Made by a program: the position numbers and the translations under genes. From Haliotis rubra (taxonomy: Eukaryota): DNA of 64,000 bases. The stretch spans positions 248,001 to 312,000 of the forward strand of contig NW_025766959.1 in assembly GCF_003918875.1 (NCBI RefSeq). Reading direction: 5' to 3'. Numbering within the stretch: the stretch's first letter is position 1; every line of letters begins with the position of its first letter. Below the pieces are notes generated by a model, which worked only from the letters and a program-made list of their open reading frames with translations, did no database searches and had not been told where the DNA came from. Of this stretch, positions 1-12,742 are shown in pieces.

Positions 1-1459
1 ACAAACTGTCATCTATGTATCCGAAATGGGATCCCTATCTTTTGACGTTAGCAAAACCCACTCAAACCCATCCATTCGTCGTGCAAATGACGTTAGTGCC
101 AAATCAGGTTTTGCACGTGCAGTCAATCACGTGATCTTCGCATCGAAGTTTTCTTCATATGCACGTGTTTGCATTGGCCTCAAGAATTGAAAAAACACTT
201 TTAAACCACAGTTCTAACGGTACTTGAAATGCCACGATTGTCAGATGTGCAACGTGAACATGCCGTTGGCATGTTGCAAGCGGGAAGATCAGTTATTGAC
301 GTCGCAAGAGCAATGGGATGCAGCCCTCGTACTGTGTATGACTTGCGAGGTCGTCTACAACAAACTGGCACCACTTCTGATCGCCCAAGGTCGGGTCGTC
401 CTCGTTTGACGTCACGAGCAGAAGACCGTCAAATCGTCCTACGTCACCTACGTGACAGATTTCTGCCGGCTACACAAACCAGGGATGAGATGTTTAGAGG
501 TCGACTGTCCTCACAGGCCATTCGAAATCAGTTGCGGGCTGCCAATCTCCATTCTGGACGTCCATATCGTGGGCCAATATTGACGCCGTTTCATCAACGT
601 CAACGTCTGCTGTGGGCCCAACGTCACCTCCGATGGACCCAGAGAGAGTGGAATCGAGTCGTCTTTAGCGATGAATCCAGGCTTACCCTCAGATTCGCGG
701 ACGGCAGTTATAGAGTCTGGAGACAACGTCGTGAGCGGTATGCCCAATGTTGTGTACAGGAAGTCGACAGATTCGGGGGCGGAAATTGCATGGTGTGGGG
801 TGCTTTCTGTGGGAACAACCGTTCCCGACTTCTGGTCATCCGTGGAAACCTCACAGCTGCTGCTTACCGCAACCAGGTGCTCACCCCTGAACTCGTTCCT
901 TTCATAGCGGCTCATTGCCCAGGTCTACAGTTCCAGCATGATAATGATCGGCCGCATACCGCGATGTTGACACGAAATTTCCTTCAAAACGCTGGAATCA
1001 ACGTCATGGACTGGCCACCGAGGTCCCCTGACCTTAATCCAATAGAGCACGTTTGGGATGCACTTGGGAGAAGGCTTCGTGGTCTTAGGAACCAACCTCA
1101 AAATTTGCAGGAACTTGGCGCTGCCTTGCAAGAGCAATGGCGCAGAATCCCCAACCACGTTTTCACAAGCATCAGGCAGTCGATGAGGAGACGGTGTTTG
1201 GCAGTGGTGAATGCGCTGGGCGGCCATACACGATATTGAACTGAGAAATTTCGCATTTTATTCTTGTGACTTGACATTCTGTATACCCATGTTTTGGAAC
1301 GGCGGTGTAGCCTAATGGAACTGATTATGGCACTGTCAGTGTATCGAGTAGTACATCACACAGATCTCAGCAATGAAATAATAACAATTTAACCATCTTA
1401 CCATCTCTTGTTCTTTAAAGTGCCCTGAAGAAAGAATGTGAAGTTTCTTTTGACTCAGT

Positions 1460-1460
<1 letters not shown>
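1..1460 (+). mobile_element. Tc1/mariner DNA transposon (left end lies outside the window)
   Basis: Contains the transposase ORF. The right end reads ...aagtttcttttgactcagtg|ta, a CACTG-type TIR followed by a TA target at 1461-1462 inside a (TTA)n tract. Confidence 0.9.
229..1239 (+). CDS. Tc1-family DD34E transposase, 336 aa, intact ORF
   Basis: N-terminal paired-like HTH with RSGRPR. Catalytic motifs VFSDES, FQHDN and SPDLNPIEHVW, with 34 residues between the second D and E (counted). Confidence 0.95.
   Translation: MPRLSDVQREHAVGMLQAGRSVIDVARAMGCSPRTVYDLRGRLQQTGTTSDRPRSGRPRLTSRAEDRQIVLRHLRDRFLPATQTRDEMFRGRLSSQAIRNQLRAANLHSGRPYRGPILTPFHQRQRLLWAQRHLRWTQREWNRVVFSDESRLTLRFADGSYRVWRQRRERYAQCCVQEVDRFGGGNCMVWGAFCGNNRSRLLVIRGNLTAAAYRNQVLTPELVPFIAAHCPGLQFQHDNDRPHTAMLTRNFLQNAGINVMDWPPRSPDLNPIEHVWDALGRRLRGLRNQPQNLQELGAALQEQWRRIPNHVFTSIRQSMRRRCLAVVNALGGHTRY

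Positions 1461-1501
<41 letters not shown>
1461..1501. repeat. (TTA/TAA)n microsatellite
   Basis: About 13 TTA units between the Tc1 end and the LINE 3' end. Confidence 0.9.
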
Positions 1502-1502
<1 letters not shown>

Positions 1503-3665
1503 GTTTTACAGATTAAAGATAATATGCAGCAGAGAGGGTTCGGGTGATCCTGGCACAGTCAGGCTGGTAAGGCTCATCATCAGCTCAGGGCCCCTTGCCC
1601 CTCTACACGCAGCCCAGACAGTGAATGGGACTTCTCCCAGGAAACGCTGCCTAGTCGAACCCACCAAGAACTTTCCGGAGATCATGAAGGCTCCCCGACA
1701 CTGCAGCCTTCTGCATTACCCAGAGTGTCAGAAGGGCTGTACTCGGTGGAGAACCGGGCACTCTCCTGATCTGCGCCAAGAGATCAGGAGGTACCAAACG
1801 AAGGGCACCGAGAACAATTGGAGCCTTACGACAGTGTACTTGGGATGCAAGCAAGACATTTCAAAGGCGAGGTCCGCATATTTATCATGCTTTTCCTTAA
1901 TCTTGCCAATCACATTGGTGTCAAAGGGACAAGGTGTTGGACAGTCTCCGTGAATTCATTGCAAAGTCGACATTTCATATTGATATTTTCTTTAAGAATC
2001 ACATTTAGGCGATTGCGAGTGGGAAGTGACTGGTCCTGAGCAACAAAAGGAAGCCCTCAGTTTCACATTTAAGACCATTCGACTTCATCCAGGCGAAGGA
2101 GTCGGTGGGATTGCTATTCTGTTCAACACACTGCATGTACACACGATGCAATGGCTTCTCAGAAAGTGCTCCACAAAGACCGACTCTGGGCAGACTTGGT
2201 AAAGGACTTCATCTGGTTTACTCAATCACTGTACCGTCCATCAACAAAATCAACCTCAAATCTCAGAATCTGTCCAACAACCTTGGCACGCTTAAAATAG
2301 CTGTGGAATTCCTTGCTTTCATCATGAGTCTTCACATGCATCACTAGAGGATCATCCGATAAATAAGTATGTGCAAAAAAAGTACACAATAAAATTCTGT
2401 CATGAAGAGCCTCCACATTAATCAAACCCCCGACCTCCAGAATTGATTGGCATGTATAAACGGTTAAAGAGAGGAACGAGGTTGGTGGGCTCTGTTATCA
2501 GACATGATCCTTCTGGTCAGACGGTCAAGACTCTGGATGTCTTGTTTTGTCCAATCAACTACTCAAAGGAATAGGGAAAGGACTGGCACAGCAAAGTATT
2601 GGTGGCTTTGACCTTGTTTCGAGCATTTAGCTCTGAGCTCAGATTTTCTTTAAACGAGATTTATACTCGGCCCGAAGTTTTTAATCTGGGCATTCTGGAG
2701 CTGGTCTCGAACTTGCATTCCAAGATAGGTGTAGGCCTGATCTTCCACAAGATGCTCAATAACTCCTCCACCTTGTAACTTCACCGATCCATCATTAGTT
2801 AACTTGCCACGTTTCAAATGAAGAGTATTACATTTGTCGAGTCAAATGTCATGCCAATATCATTAGAAAAGGACTCGACAAGGAGAACCTGCTCTTTCAA
2901 ATTGGAATCTCCTTTGGCAAGGAGTTCGATGTCATCCATGTAAAGGAGATGAGTAAGAGGTGTTGGGGATCTGTGCTGAGGAGGTCCGGGATGGTAAACT
3001 GTCCTCTTTATTGAGCAGAAAGCTCAAAGGATCTAGAGACAAACAAAAAAAAGTAAAGGACTAAAGGAATCCCCTGAAATATTCCCCTTCTGATTGGAAT
3101 AGACTCCGAAGTCTGCACCTGCCCTTGTGAGTACATCTCAAGTTGAATCGACCAGCAACTCATTAAAGACTTGAGTAAATCAACAAGTCGCCCGGGAGGT
3201 CAATACAACGCAGAGACTTCAGAATCCATTCGTGAGGGACAGAGTCGTATGCTTTTTGTAGTCAATCCAGCACATTGAGAGGTTGCGGTGATATGTTTTA
3301 GCCTCTTCCAAAATCATTTTCTGTACAAGAAGTTGATCCTTGCACCCCCAACATCCCTTTCTTTGCTCCCTTCTGCTCTCTGTAAGTTATATCATTGGAA
3401 GAGCAGTAAGATGACAAAAGGTTTGTCAAACACCCTGTGAATATTTTGTATTGTGTATTCAAACATGTGATAGGGCGGAAGTTTTGGGATCAGTCAAGTC
3501 TCCTTTCTTGGGAGAAGTATTGTGCGACCTTTGCAGAACCATGAAGGAACATCACCTGTGTCCAGGAGAGTATTGAAACAGTGTAGTAATGGTGTTTGGA
3601 CACGGCAACAGTTTCCAATACCGGTTTCGAATGCCATCAGGCACTGGAGCTGTATTCGATTTGAC
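1501..3665 (-). mobile_element. Degenerate, 5'-truncated R4/Dong-like non-LTR retrotransposon (RT, zinc knuckle, partial restriction-like endonuclease)
   Basis: Minus-strand translation gives NFRPITCLNT, WIDYKKAYDSVPHEWI, THLLYMDD (about 2931-2954), KPLH...ETEGF, CRLC...H and KIKEKHDKYADLAFEM. It has many frameshifts, and the 3' end abuts (TAA)n. Confidence 0.8.
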
Positions 3666-3712
3666 CTTTTATAACACTTTATAACTTTTTTTATAACACT
3701 TATTATAATAAT

Positions 3713-4137
3713 TATGTTTTACAGGTTAAAGATAGTATGCAGCAGAGAGGGTTCGGGTGATCCTGGCACAGTCAGGCTGGTAAGGCTCATCATCAGCTCA
3801 GGGCCCTTGCCCCCTCTACACGCAGCCCAGACAGCGAATGGGACTTCTCCCAGGAAACGCTGCCTAGTCGAACCCACCAAGAACTTTCTGGAGAATATGA
3901 AGACTCCCCAACACTGCACTGCAACCTGGCACTCTCCTGATCTGTGCCAAGAGATCAGGATGTACCAAACGAAGGGCACCGAGAACAATGGGGAGCCTGA
4001 CGACAGTGTACTTGGGATGCGAGCAGAGACATTTCAAAGGCGAGGTCCGCATATTTATCATGCTTTTCCTGAATCTTGCCAATCACATTGGTGTCAAAAG
4101 GGACAGAAAATTCAATGATATAAATAAATTCATTGCT
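3713..4137 (-). mobile_element. Second, short 3' fragment of the same R4/Dong-like LINE
   Basis: Near-identical to 1501-1930. It retains IYIIEFSVPFDTNVIG and is flanked by (TTA)n at 4138-4155. Confidence 0.8.
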
Positions 4138-4251
4138 TTATTATTATTATTATTATGAACCAATCATCTGTCACCCATCTGATTACTGCAATAGTGGTTG
4201 CGAACCCCAACCTGATCGTCACCGCAAACCACACACATTCCGCTTCCGTAA

Positions 4252-5138
4252 TTATAATGTATGGCAATGGGACATATTGTCCTTGTCTTTGGAGCAATCT
4301 TTATAATAACGTGACTCTGTACAATACCTTGAGACATCTGGAATGACAGCAAAGTAATTGGCACCATCAGTCTCACCAAGGATATCTTCGAACCCTACCT
4401 GTTGGGTTGTGAAAGTAGGAAATGTTATCTTGCACATTTGTGGATGTGCATCAGAAATGAATTTCGCTAGTGTTCCAGTAAATGGTATATCAGTACTGGC
4501 AGTATCTCCAAAGGCACAGTGCACTGTTCGTAGCAAAGAAGAAGGAATTTCCTAGTCAGGTGTAAAATGTGCTTAAAATGTTTTATTGGTGAAAATGAAA
4601 GAGCAACATGTTGAGACGAAATCCTAAGTAAACGAAAGAGTCATTAACACCACACAGTTATTTCAATGTGACCAGTGTTGATGTTTATGCAATTCAAAAC
4701 TAGTACCTCATTAGGCACATATCACACGGATAAAATATATCACAGAAATAATTTCATAACTTGAAGTAGAGAAGGGAAACGGTAACTACATTTTTCATAA
4801 AAATAAAATCGAGTCACGCATTCATCTGCGTTATAGAAATACAATGCCTTAAAGGAGATATATTGAATATAATCTTATCAATATCAGTTAAATGGATAAA
4901 CAAAGTAATTACACTCACGAAAAAAGTCATGTGGATTTTTTGTTGTTATCTAAAAAGTACCGAACAACTGTTTTTAGAAATTCATGGTTTTGGGGATACA
5001 ATTCTGATGCAGAGAGTCATGCATCCGTTCCCTGTGGTGCACTTTTCATTATTTTTAAATCCACTAAAATGAATGCAGTGATATTAATAAGATTACCTTC
5101 ATATGATTATTGATGTTGTTACGATCTCGACTGGCCAT
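4252..5138 (-). pseudogene. Degenerate caveolin copy ('copy 0'): exon 1 5138-5097, exon 2 from 4398 with an early stop at 4252
   Basis: Exon 1 MASRDRNNINNHMK|GTAATC matches the paralog motif RDPNNINDHLK|gt. After the acceptor caacag| the exon reads VGFEDILGETDGANYF, matching VQFEDVLAEPEGAHS with the same intron phase. It diverges afterwards and stops after 62 aa in total. Confidence 0.75.
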
Positions 5139-6230
5139 TGTTCAATTTCTTGACACTGAATCGTTTCACTTGTCTGGTGTCCAAACCGCATAGCAGCGCA
5201 AGCTTGAAATACCGTGTTACAACATGTACATGTGAAGTTTGATTACGCAAGCACATTGCCACGTCATGAATGCCCGTCTTCTTTTGGTTTAAATTAGTCA
5301 CGAGGTATCTAAAGCAGTTATCTATGACATTTAAAACCCTTTCCAGAACTTGGAGTCTTTACAATTACACAAACTGTAAGGACGCTGGTATTCACTGCCT
5401 CGTTTATGTATGTATTCTGGTCTATACCTTTCCTAAAGAACTTTAAAGTGATATCTTAAGGTTGCCAATAAACGTATATCCCGAACACAGGAACCCAATA
5501 ACAACAGTCGCTATATCATAACCTTCTTCCACCGTTTAAAGATACTACTTCATTGTTTGTTGACATAGCAAAGGTAAAATCATTTTCAGAGAGGTGTCTT
5601 GGCTGAGTTGGTTGATTATTCACATCAGGTAGCGGACCTACAAAGCGTGTTACAGTCAATATATTGTTGCCGGGCGTGGTGTGCGATTTCCAGCCACTGA
5701 GATTCTAGTCAAAACAAGACACTTCTTGATGACGATGACTTACTTAAACTGTATCTGCATTAGTATCCATTGACGTTTATATTTTGGGCAGTATCCGGAG
5801 AACATTCCAAACTTTGTATAACATGAAGTGGAAATAAATACATAAAAAAATATATAGTTTTGCAATGTTCGGTTTTTCTCTTGCCGGTCCTTTACTTATC
5901 TCCCAAAGCTTAGACAGCCATAACTTAGACACAAATGAAGGGGATTAACTAAGACAACACCCATGGCTCAAATGGAACAGTCCTAATTAGTGTTCCCTGC
6001 TGAGTAGACCTAGCTTGTAATCAGAAATAAATGATATGAACTGTACACGCGGGATTAAGTTTAAAGATGCATACTATGTTTTCATTTGAATATCTCCTCA
6101 CAATATGAAAGGGGTCAACTGTTCTGATACCTTAAGTGGAGTACCTCTGAAATAAATAGAACAATTGAAACTGTAAAGTATGTGTAAATCGCATTACATT
6201 AATGTCAGATATAAAAAGTCCTGCCCCAGA

Positions 6231-6762
6231 TTAGGTCAGTATGGCAATATGGCCATACTGACGGGTATCTGTACAAGAGGAACAAAGTGAGGCAGACCTG
6301 CACACACTGGCGAAGTGTCGCCACTGCCTGTGCTGGCAAGTACATACAAGTGCACCACAGTAGGTGACTATTGCCGGAATGTTAGTGACCACATTCATCC
6401 CCCTGAAGCTGCTGACAAGATCAAGTTCGTCACAGCGAATCGAGGACTTCAAGGACTACATGGTGAGCACCTGGATCGACTACGATGCGCGATTCCCCCT
6501 TGCCCTATGGAACCACCATGAGACTCAAGGCCCAAGAACGAACAACAATTTGGAAGGATTTCATAACAGAATGAACTGCACCCTGCCGCACCGACATCCT
6601 AACATCTCCTGGTTCATCGGAATTATCAGGAGAATAGAGAATGCTCATAGAGCTAAGCTGTCGCAGTTAACTTTCGGAGCAGCCCCACCCAGCATAAAGA
6701 TAATCTACCGCGAGATTGACAACAGATTGGAACGACTCGAGCAGCAGCAGTGTAAATCATGA
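6231..6762 (+). mobile_element. MULE (Mutator-like) transposase 3' fragment
   Basis: YMVSTWI...WNH...RTNNNLEGFHNRMN...HPNI is the typical C-terminal catalytic-E region of animal MULE transposases. Confidence 0.7.
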
Positions 6763-7674
6763 CATGACTAGTTCCACACTGCCATCTGTATTTGTATTAG
6801 TATTAATTGATGTTTGCATTTTGGAAAGTATCCGGAGAAAATTCTAAACTTTTTATAACATGAAGTGGAAATTGATACAGAAAAAAGTATTTTGTTGTTG
6901 CAATGTTCGGATTTTCTCTTGCCGGTCCTGTACTTGAAACCATCACCATCCAGAGGCACAGGAAACAATTTGTAATCAACACTTGTTCGTTCGCCATCTC
7001 TAATATGATGGCGATGACAGAGAGATGGACATTTGTTGGCAAGTTGTGTGTTGATGAGCTCGTGATGTTCATAGCAATGGCAAACTGGATGTAGTCTGGA
7101 TGTACGTTTTCGAGCTTGAGTATGATTCACATAACTTTGGCCAGTTTACAATTTGTACTCTGTATGTACGTTTTTGGACTGAAATATGGTTCACATATTT
7201 TTTAGTCTGGCTGTGCGTTTGACATATCGAATGTGATGGACATAACTTTTTTCAAATTATATCCATTTAGATTATGTTAAAAGGGCCAAGCCACACGAAG
7301 CGATCTTAGCGATTGGAATGATTGTAACTGTCTTACTATAGTTTTCAATAATAGGATCCATAAGGTTTTCTTCGTTAATCAGAGAACATTTCATTGTCAC
7401 AGCATTACATATCTTATTGTATATATTTTATTGTCTAAAATCCCCTGTATTAGGGAAATACCTTCATTTAAGCACAAAACACATTTAAGTATCTCTGCAT
7501 TGATCTAATTCCGTGCATACAGTGAACTCTCGTTAATCCGAAAACCTAGCTTCCGGACGATTAATGTTATTTCATTTTATTTTTCAAATCCTTTTTGTTC
7601 ACCTCATATTACTACCATTCTGTAATTGGGAAACTTGCTAATCCGGGCGCTAATTTTGGGTAAGCTTCAGAATA

Positions 7675-8160
7675 ATCCCCTATCACACTTTTGGACAGTA
7701 AGAAATTACGTGTGTAAAGCCCCTGTCACACTTTTAGACAGTAGGAAATACGTGTGTAAAGCCCCTGTCACACTTTTGTACAGCAAGAAATACGTGTGTA
7801 AAGCCCCTGTCATACATTTGGACAGTAAGAAATACGTGTGTAAAGCCCCTGTCACGCTTTTATACAGTGGAAATACGGGTGAAAAGCCGCCTGTCACACT
7901 TTTTTACAGTAAGAAATACGTAAGTAAAGCCCCTGTCACATTTTGTACAGTACGAAATACGTGTGTAAAGCCCCTGTCATACATTGGACAGTAAGAAATA
8001 CGTGTGTAAAGCCCCTGTCACACTTTTCTACAGTGGGAAATACGTGTGTAAAGCCCCTGTCACGTTTTTGCACAGTACGAATTACGTGTGTAAAGCCCCT
8101 GTCACACTTTTGGACATTAAGAAATACGTGTGTAAAGTCCCTGTCACACTTTTCGACAGT
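7675..8160. repeat. 42-bp tandem repeat, about 12 copies
   Basis: Unit aaagcccctgtcacacttttggacagtaagaaatacgtgtgt; it translates as a 14-aa period in the ORF track. Confidence 0.95.
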
Positions 8161-8635
8161 GAGATGTGTGAATATAGCTTAGGGAATAAAGCATCAATTT
8201 CAGTCGACTCAACTGTCAGACTCAAAGTAAGCCTTGTGTGTGTCGATGTATTTATTGGATATTTTGGACAGCGGCAGGTCATGTGTGTTTTTGTTTTGAT
8301 GTATTGTATGTCACGTGTCTTTTTGATGTGTTAATAACGGTTAGTGGATACTGTATTCAGTCAACCTTTAGTGTGTATGTTTTGTGATTACATGTTGAGC
8401 GAGAGCCGGGTGTGATGCAAGGTTGAGTGATTTTATGAGATCTAGTGCATGTGTATATCGATCTAACAAAAGGGTTATTGCACAACTGGTTTGCCGTGTA
8501 TGCGAATGTGGGGGATAAAAGCATTTGTAATGCCAGTCAATACCTCTGACAGATGTCATGCATGTAGGAGCATTGTACTTATTTGCCATGTCTTGTTTAA
8601 ACCTGTCACGTAAAGCACTCATTGCCAAAATGTCA

Positions 8636-8755
8636 GGTGGTAGGGCGGCCCAGTGGTTTAAGCATCCGCTTGTCGCTCTGAAGACCTGGGTTCGATTCTC
8701 CACTTATATTGCTGGAATATTACCAAAAGCAGCGTAAAACTAGGCTCACTCATTT
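8636..8755 (+). mobile_element. tRNA-derived SINE, family A (degenerate)
   Basis: A-box-like ggcccagtggtt, B-box ggttcgattc and tail gctggaatatt...gcgtaaaac. Confidence 0.65.
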
Positions 8756-9758
8756 ATTGAAGGGCACATGTACTGTTACCGGGGTCAATCTGTATATGGA
8801 AGTCTGCATGCTGGCTAAGATGTATATACATTTTTGCTACATCTATCTGTATATACATATCCTGTACACATGATTCTGTACCCCGTGTGGCCCGCATATA
8901 ATAAAATATTCAGTTCATTTCGGTTCAGTTCAGCTCAGTCACTTGTATTTCGGTCAAAGCATCTGCACTATTCCTTTGCAACACAATTTCGGTAAAAGGG
9001 ATAAAAGCTACGCTGACCATCGTTCACTGGACACGTTCAATCTGCAAAAAATGATTTGGGGATGGAACACCAGTGCAAAACTTGTTTTATGTATTACAGC
9101 GCTTAGTGTAAACATATTTTGTCTCAAACAAGATGTACATGTAACTCAGGTTGGAGTACTTGTCAAACTCCACAGATCCATGCTCTCGATATAGTTTAAT
9201 GTCAAGGTATGTCCCATTGCATTACTGAAGACAAATTGAAGGCTCTTGGCAAATAGAGCAATAAATCCATAGCAGACGAAGTAATCAGTTCAAATAAAAC
9301 AATAAATCTTCAAGAGAAATATAAAAATGAATGTACAAGGGAATTGTTTATTGATCAGGTAGTTGGCGTTAGTTTCTCTATAAAATAATGTCATCTTTGA
9401 CACACAGTTTGCTCAGGTCAAGTTCATTGTATAGAAACGTAGTAATTCATTCTTTCTTTTCAATTTGAAACGCGAAATCTTTATAGTGGGTCGTCTTTTT
9501 CCTGGAGGAAAATATGAAAAAAAATGTCCCATCATTGATAAGAAAACAGAAAACACTGAGGTAATGTCACTGTGGTATATTTCTATTTAAATGTACTGGG
9601 TAGCAGTAGGTAGTACTGGGAGCTAGAGCATTTCAGTACCTACACATCTCGAGTATGGACAATATACATAGTATGTATTAGGTTTGCCCACATCATTTTT
9701 ACGTAAATGATGTATGTTGTGCAACCGTTGCCAAAGAGAGGTCACGATTCTGTAAGTG

Positions 9759-11112
9759 TTATTGCTTGACTTGAATTCTACTGAAGAAAGCACCGCAGGA
9801 CTCGCAGAATGGCGTCAGGCAGCAGTTGAGGCAGATGGTATACACCTTTCTATACATGATGCAGTTGATCTCACAAGCCTTAATCTGGGGTGTGTATTGC
9901 CAAATATGACCACAGGCAAGCATGGCATAACTCCAACCGTAGTAGAGACCGTACAGAGGTCCACACAGGGTCATCAGCATGTAGCAGCATTTGAAGGCGC
10001 AGTTGAAACATGTGTTGGTAAACTTCCAGCAGCAGTCGATGCTGTGGGCACCTTCGGGCTCAGCCAAGACATCCTCAAACTGGACCTGTCAGATGAACAG
10101 CAATTTAGTTTGAAAATAGGCCCAGAAGAGATTAGAACTGTAGAAGAGTTCGCGGATTGTGTTCCATAATGTTACAATGCATACTTCAATTATTTTTCTC
10201 TATGTCCTACAGAATCGCGTTTCTTTTATGATCGCCCATTGAAAATCAGAATGTGTTAGCATTGAAAGATACACAAACGAACCACATGAGCCGAATCGCC
10301 ACCTTCGCCAAAACATCCATCATCTATTCTCTATTTATATGAACTGGACAACATTTCACAAAATATTGTTAAAAATATTTGTTGAATGAGTGTATCTATT
10401 AAATCATTTCAAAGAATCATTTGAACTTGCATTCGCTCATGCATTATAATACTTAGTGACACGCTTCAAACTGATTTCTGATGTTAAAAGACACAAACCG
10501 GCTGCGACGTATCAGCATTTGAAACTATGGCTACTGAATATTAACATCTACCCCTGCATAGCGGGCAGTTCAGACAGATCTTGTGGTGCAAGTGTATGTT
10601 TAAACGTATAAACGCTTATTCCTACCTGTAGAGAGGTTATACATAAAAAAGCACATTGAAGCAGATATAGCGGCTACACATTTAGACACCTTGCAAATCA
10701 TCGTCAAATACAATGATTAGACCGGGAGCTGGGGGCATGCCCTTCCCTTTCTAAACCCCCGCCTTGGCACTGAAAATGTCCAACGACCACGCAGAAGTTC
10801 AATTTTAACCTGATATAAAAGCAAACTTTGCAAAGAGTGGATTTTGATACCTTCAAAATATAACTATCACTTTGGAAGTGAAGCCTTAACTATATACATC
10901 CTTAAGGACATGGCATGTGGCATACTTCGGCATGTTACGGTAATAACAGTGGATTCTTGGTTCACTACATTCCCCTTTATACAGGTGGCAGATATTCACA
11001 AACACCATTGTAACTACTCTTTACACGAGTAAATGTTTTGCCATGATAGGATTACCTTCAGATGGTCGTTGATGTTGTTGGGATCGCGGTTTTCCAAGTC
11101 AAGTTCTGCCAT
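9759..11112 (-). CDS. CAV: Caveolin class A copy 1; join(11112-11056, 10085-9759), 127 aa
   Basis: MAELDLENRDPNNINDHLK|VQFEDVLAEPEGAHS... carries the caveolin signature FEDVxAEP. GT-AG phase-0 intron; AATAAA at 9347-9352. Confidence 0.93.
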
Positions 11113-11266
11113 CCTTCTAAAGGAAACTACCAGTTCAGTCCCAAAGATAAAGTGTTGCGAGGTGAGTTAAAACTTACTTTATGTATATGTGTACATGACG
11201 ACAGGTTCGTTGCCACAACTACCTTGCCACAATGTCATCATTTCTGAAGGTGTAGTAATGTTTTCC

Positions 11267-11288
11267 ATTGGCCAGCAATAGTCACGTG
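11267..11288 (-). promoter_or_regulatory. E-box (CACGTG)-N11-CCAAT module upstream of caveolin copy 1
   Basis: The same module with 10-11 nt spacing occurs upstream of all five class A genes. Confidence 0.65.
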
Positions 11289-11889
11289 GTGTTTTCCATC
11301 AAATATCACCACAAGATATTTTTTGCTGTGTCCATAATAGAAGACAGTGGTAATCTGAGCCCCATGGATAAAGACATTCACCTCCCTCATTTAACTGCTG
11401 ACCACTCTTGCGTGAGCCATTGTGTTTTCAACTTTTTAACTTCATTTCATTAACCATGTGTGGCCCAGCCGTATTGTTTAGAGTTACACCCCATATGCAT
11501 ATCAGAAACCTATGGTAGTAGGCTAAGAAATGCATCACGGGGGCTTTGTTGCCAACACAGGCTGACATGTTTGATGTAACGGAACTTTTGTTTTGTAGAA
11601 GCATTGGACAATGCCCACTCGTTCATTTCAGGCCTACGCCTGGCGCTTAAGAACAACTGCACTGACGGAATACATTCAGGGAACTCTCCAAAATGCTGGC
11701 ACACTATGTGTCCTTTTGGTTCCGTAGAATACGTCATGTTATTACCCCTGAAACACGTGTCACAGTATCGGGTATTCGTGACAATAATAGATTTTGCTCT
11801 AGATTACATTCATAAATCAGGTGAACCTAAGCAACGTCGAGCGCGGAGTTGTCTTGGATGGGTGACCGTGTTTGACAACTTGACTCCTG

Positions 11890-12650
11890 ATAATAATAAA
11901 TGTGCATTTGTAACGCGCCTTTTCCATGTACAGGGCACATGCTCAAAGTGCTGACATCTTACAATTATATACATATGTAGGGGGAGGGAAATATAGTTAG
12001 TTTTAATGAGAGGAAAACAGGAGGGTCTTCAGCAAGCGTTTGAATAGGGTAAGGTCTGCTGCTGGTTTTGTGGCCAAAGGAAAAGAGTTCCACAGTAGAG
12101 GGGAAGGACAAGCAAAGGATTTCCTTCCAAATGTTTTAGGTTTATAGTGAGGTACAGAGAATAAGTTCTGATTTTCACAGCGGAGCTGTCTTTCAGGGAT
12201 GTAAGGGATAAGGAGTTCCTGTGGGTATTCTGGACTTGCGGCATGGAGACATTGGTAAACAAAACACAACAATTTAAATTCAATTCTTGATTTGACAGGA
12301 AGCCAGTGCAGGTATTTCATGACAGGTGTGATATGAGAATGTTTAGAAGTTCTGCTGATGATTCTGGCGGCTGTTTTTGGTCATGCTGCAGCTTTGAGAG
12401 GAGCTTCTGTGAGATATCAAAAAGGAGACTATTGCAGTAATCGAGTCTTGAGATAACAAGTCCCTGAACAAGACTATGTGCTGCGTCGCGACTGATGAGA
12501 TGGCGTAGTCTGTCAATGGCTCTCAAATGGAAGAAGCATATTCTGTACACTTGATAGGCATGAGCGTTTATGGTCAGCTGTGAGTCCAGCATTACTTCGA
12601 GATCTTTAACTGAAACGACTGGTTGTATCTCAGAGTCAGTTACCAAGATT
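11890..12650 (-). mobile_element. L2-clade LINE 3' fragment
   Basis: SRLDYCNSLL, LHWLPVKSRIEFKL and P..WNS.P...FKRLLKT motifs, with an (ATT)n 3' tail. Confidence 0.85.
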
Positions 12651-12742
12651 GTGCTGAGGCTGAAACTCCTAAGAGTGCTGAGGCTGAAACTCCTAAGAGT
12701 GCTGAGCTTGAAGCTCCTAAGAGTGCTGAGGTTGAAACTCCT
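12650..12742. repeat. 24-bp tandem repeat, 4 copies, at the L2/SINE junction
   Basis: gtgctgaggctgaaactcctaaga repeated. Confidence 0.85.

Noticed and set aside
7626-8334. YVCKAPVT-repeat ORFs
   Set aside because: Translations of a 42-bp satellite that shift frame with unit indels.
11815-11875. 5S rRNA-like segment
   Set aside because: Only the internal promoter region is similar, and it continues into a SINE body; not an rRNA gene.
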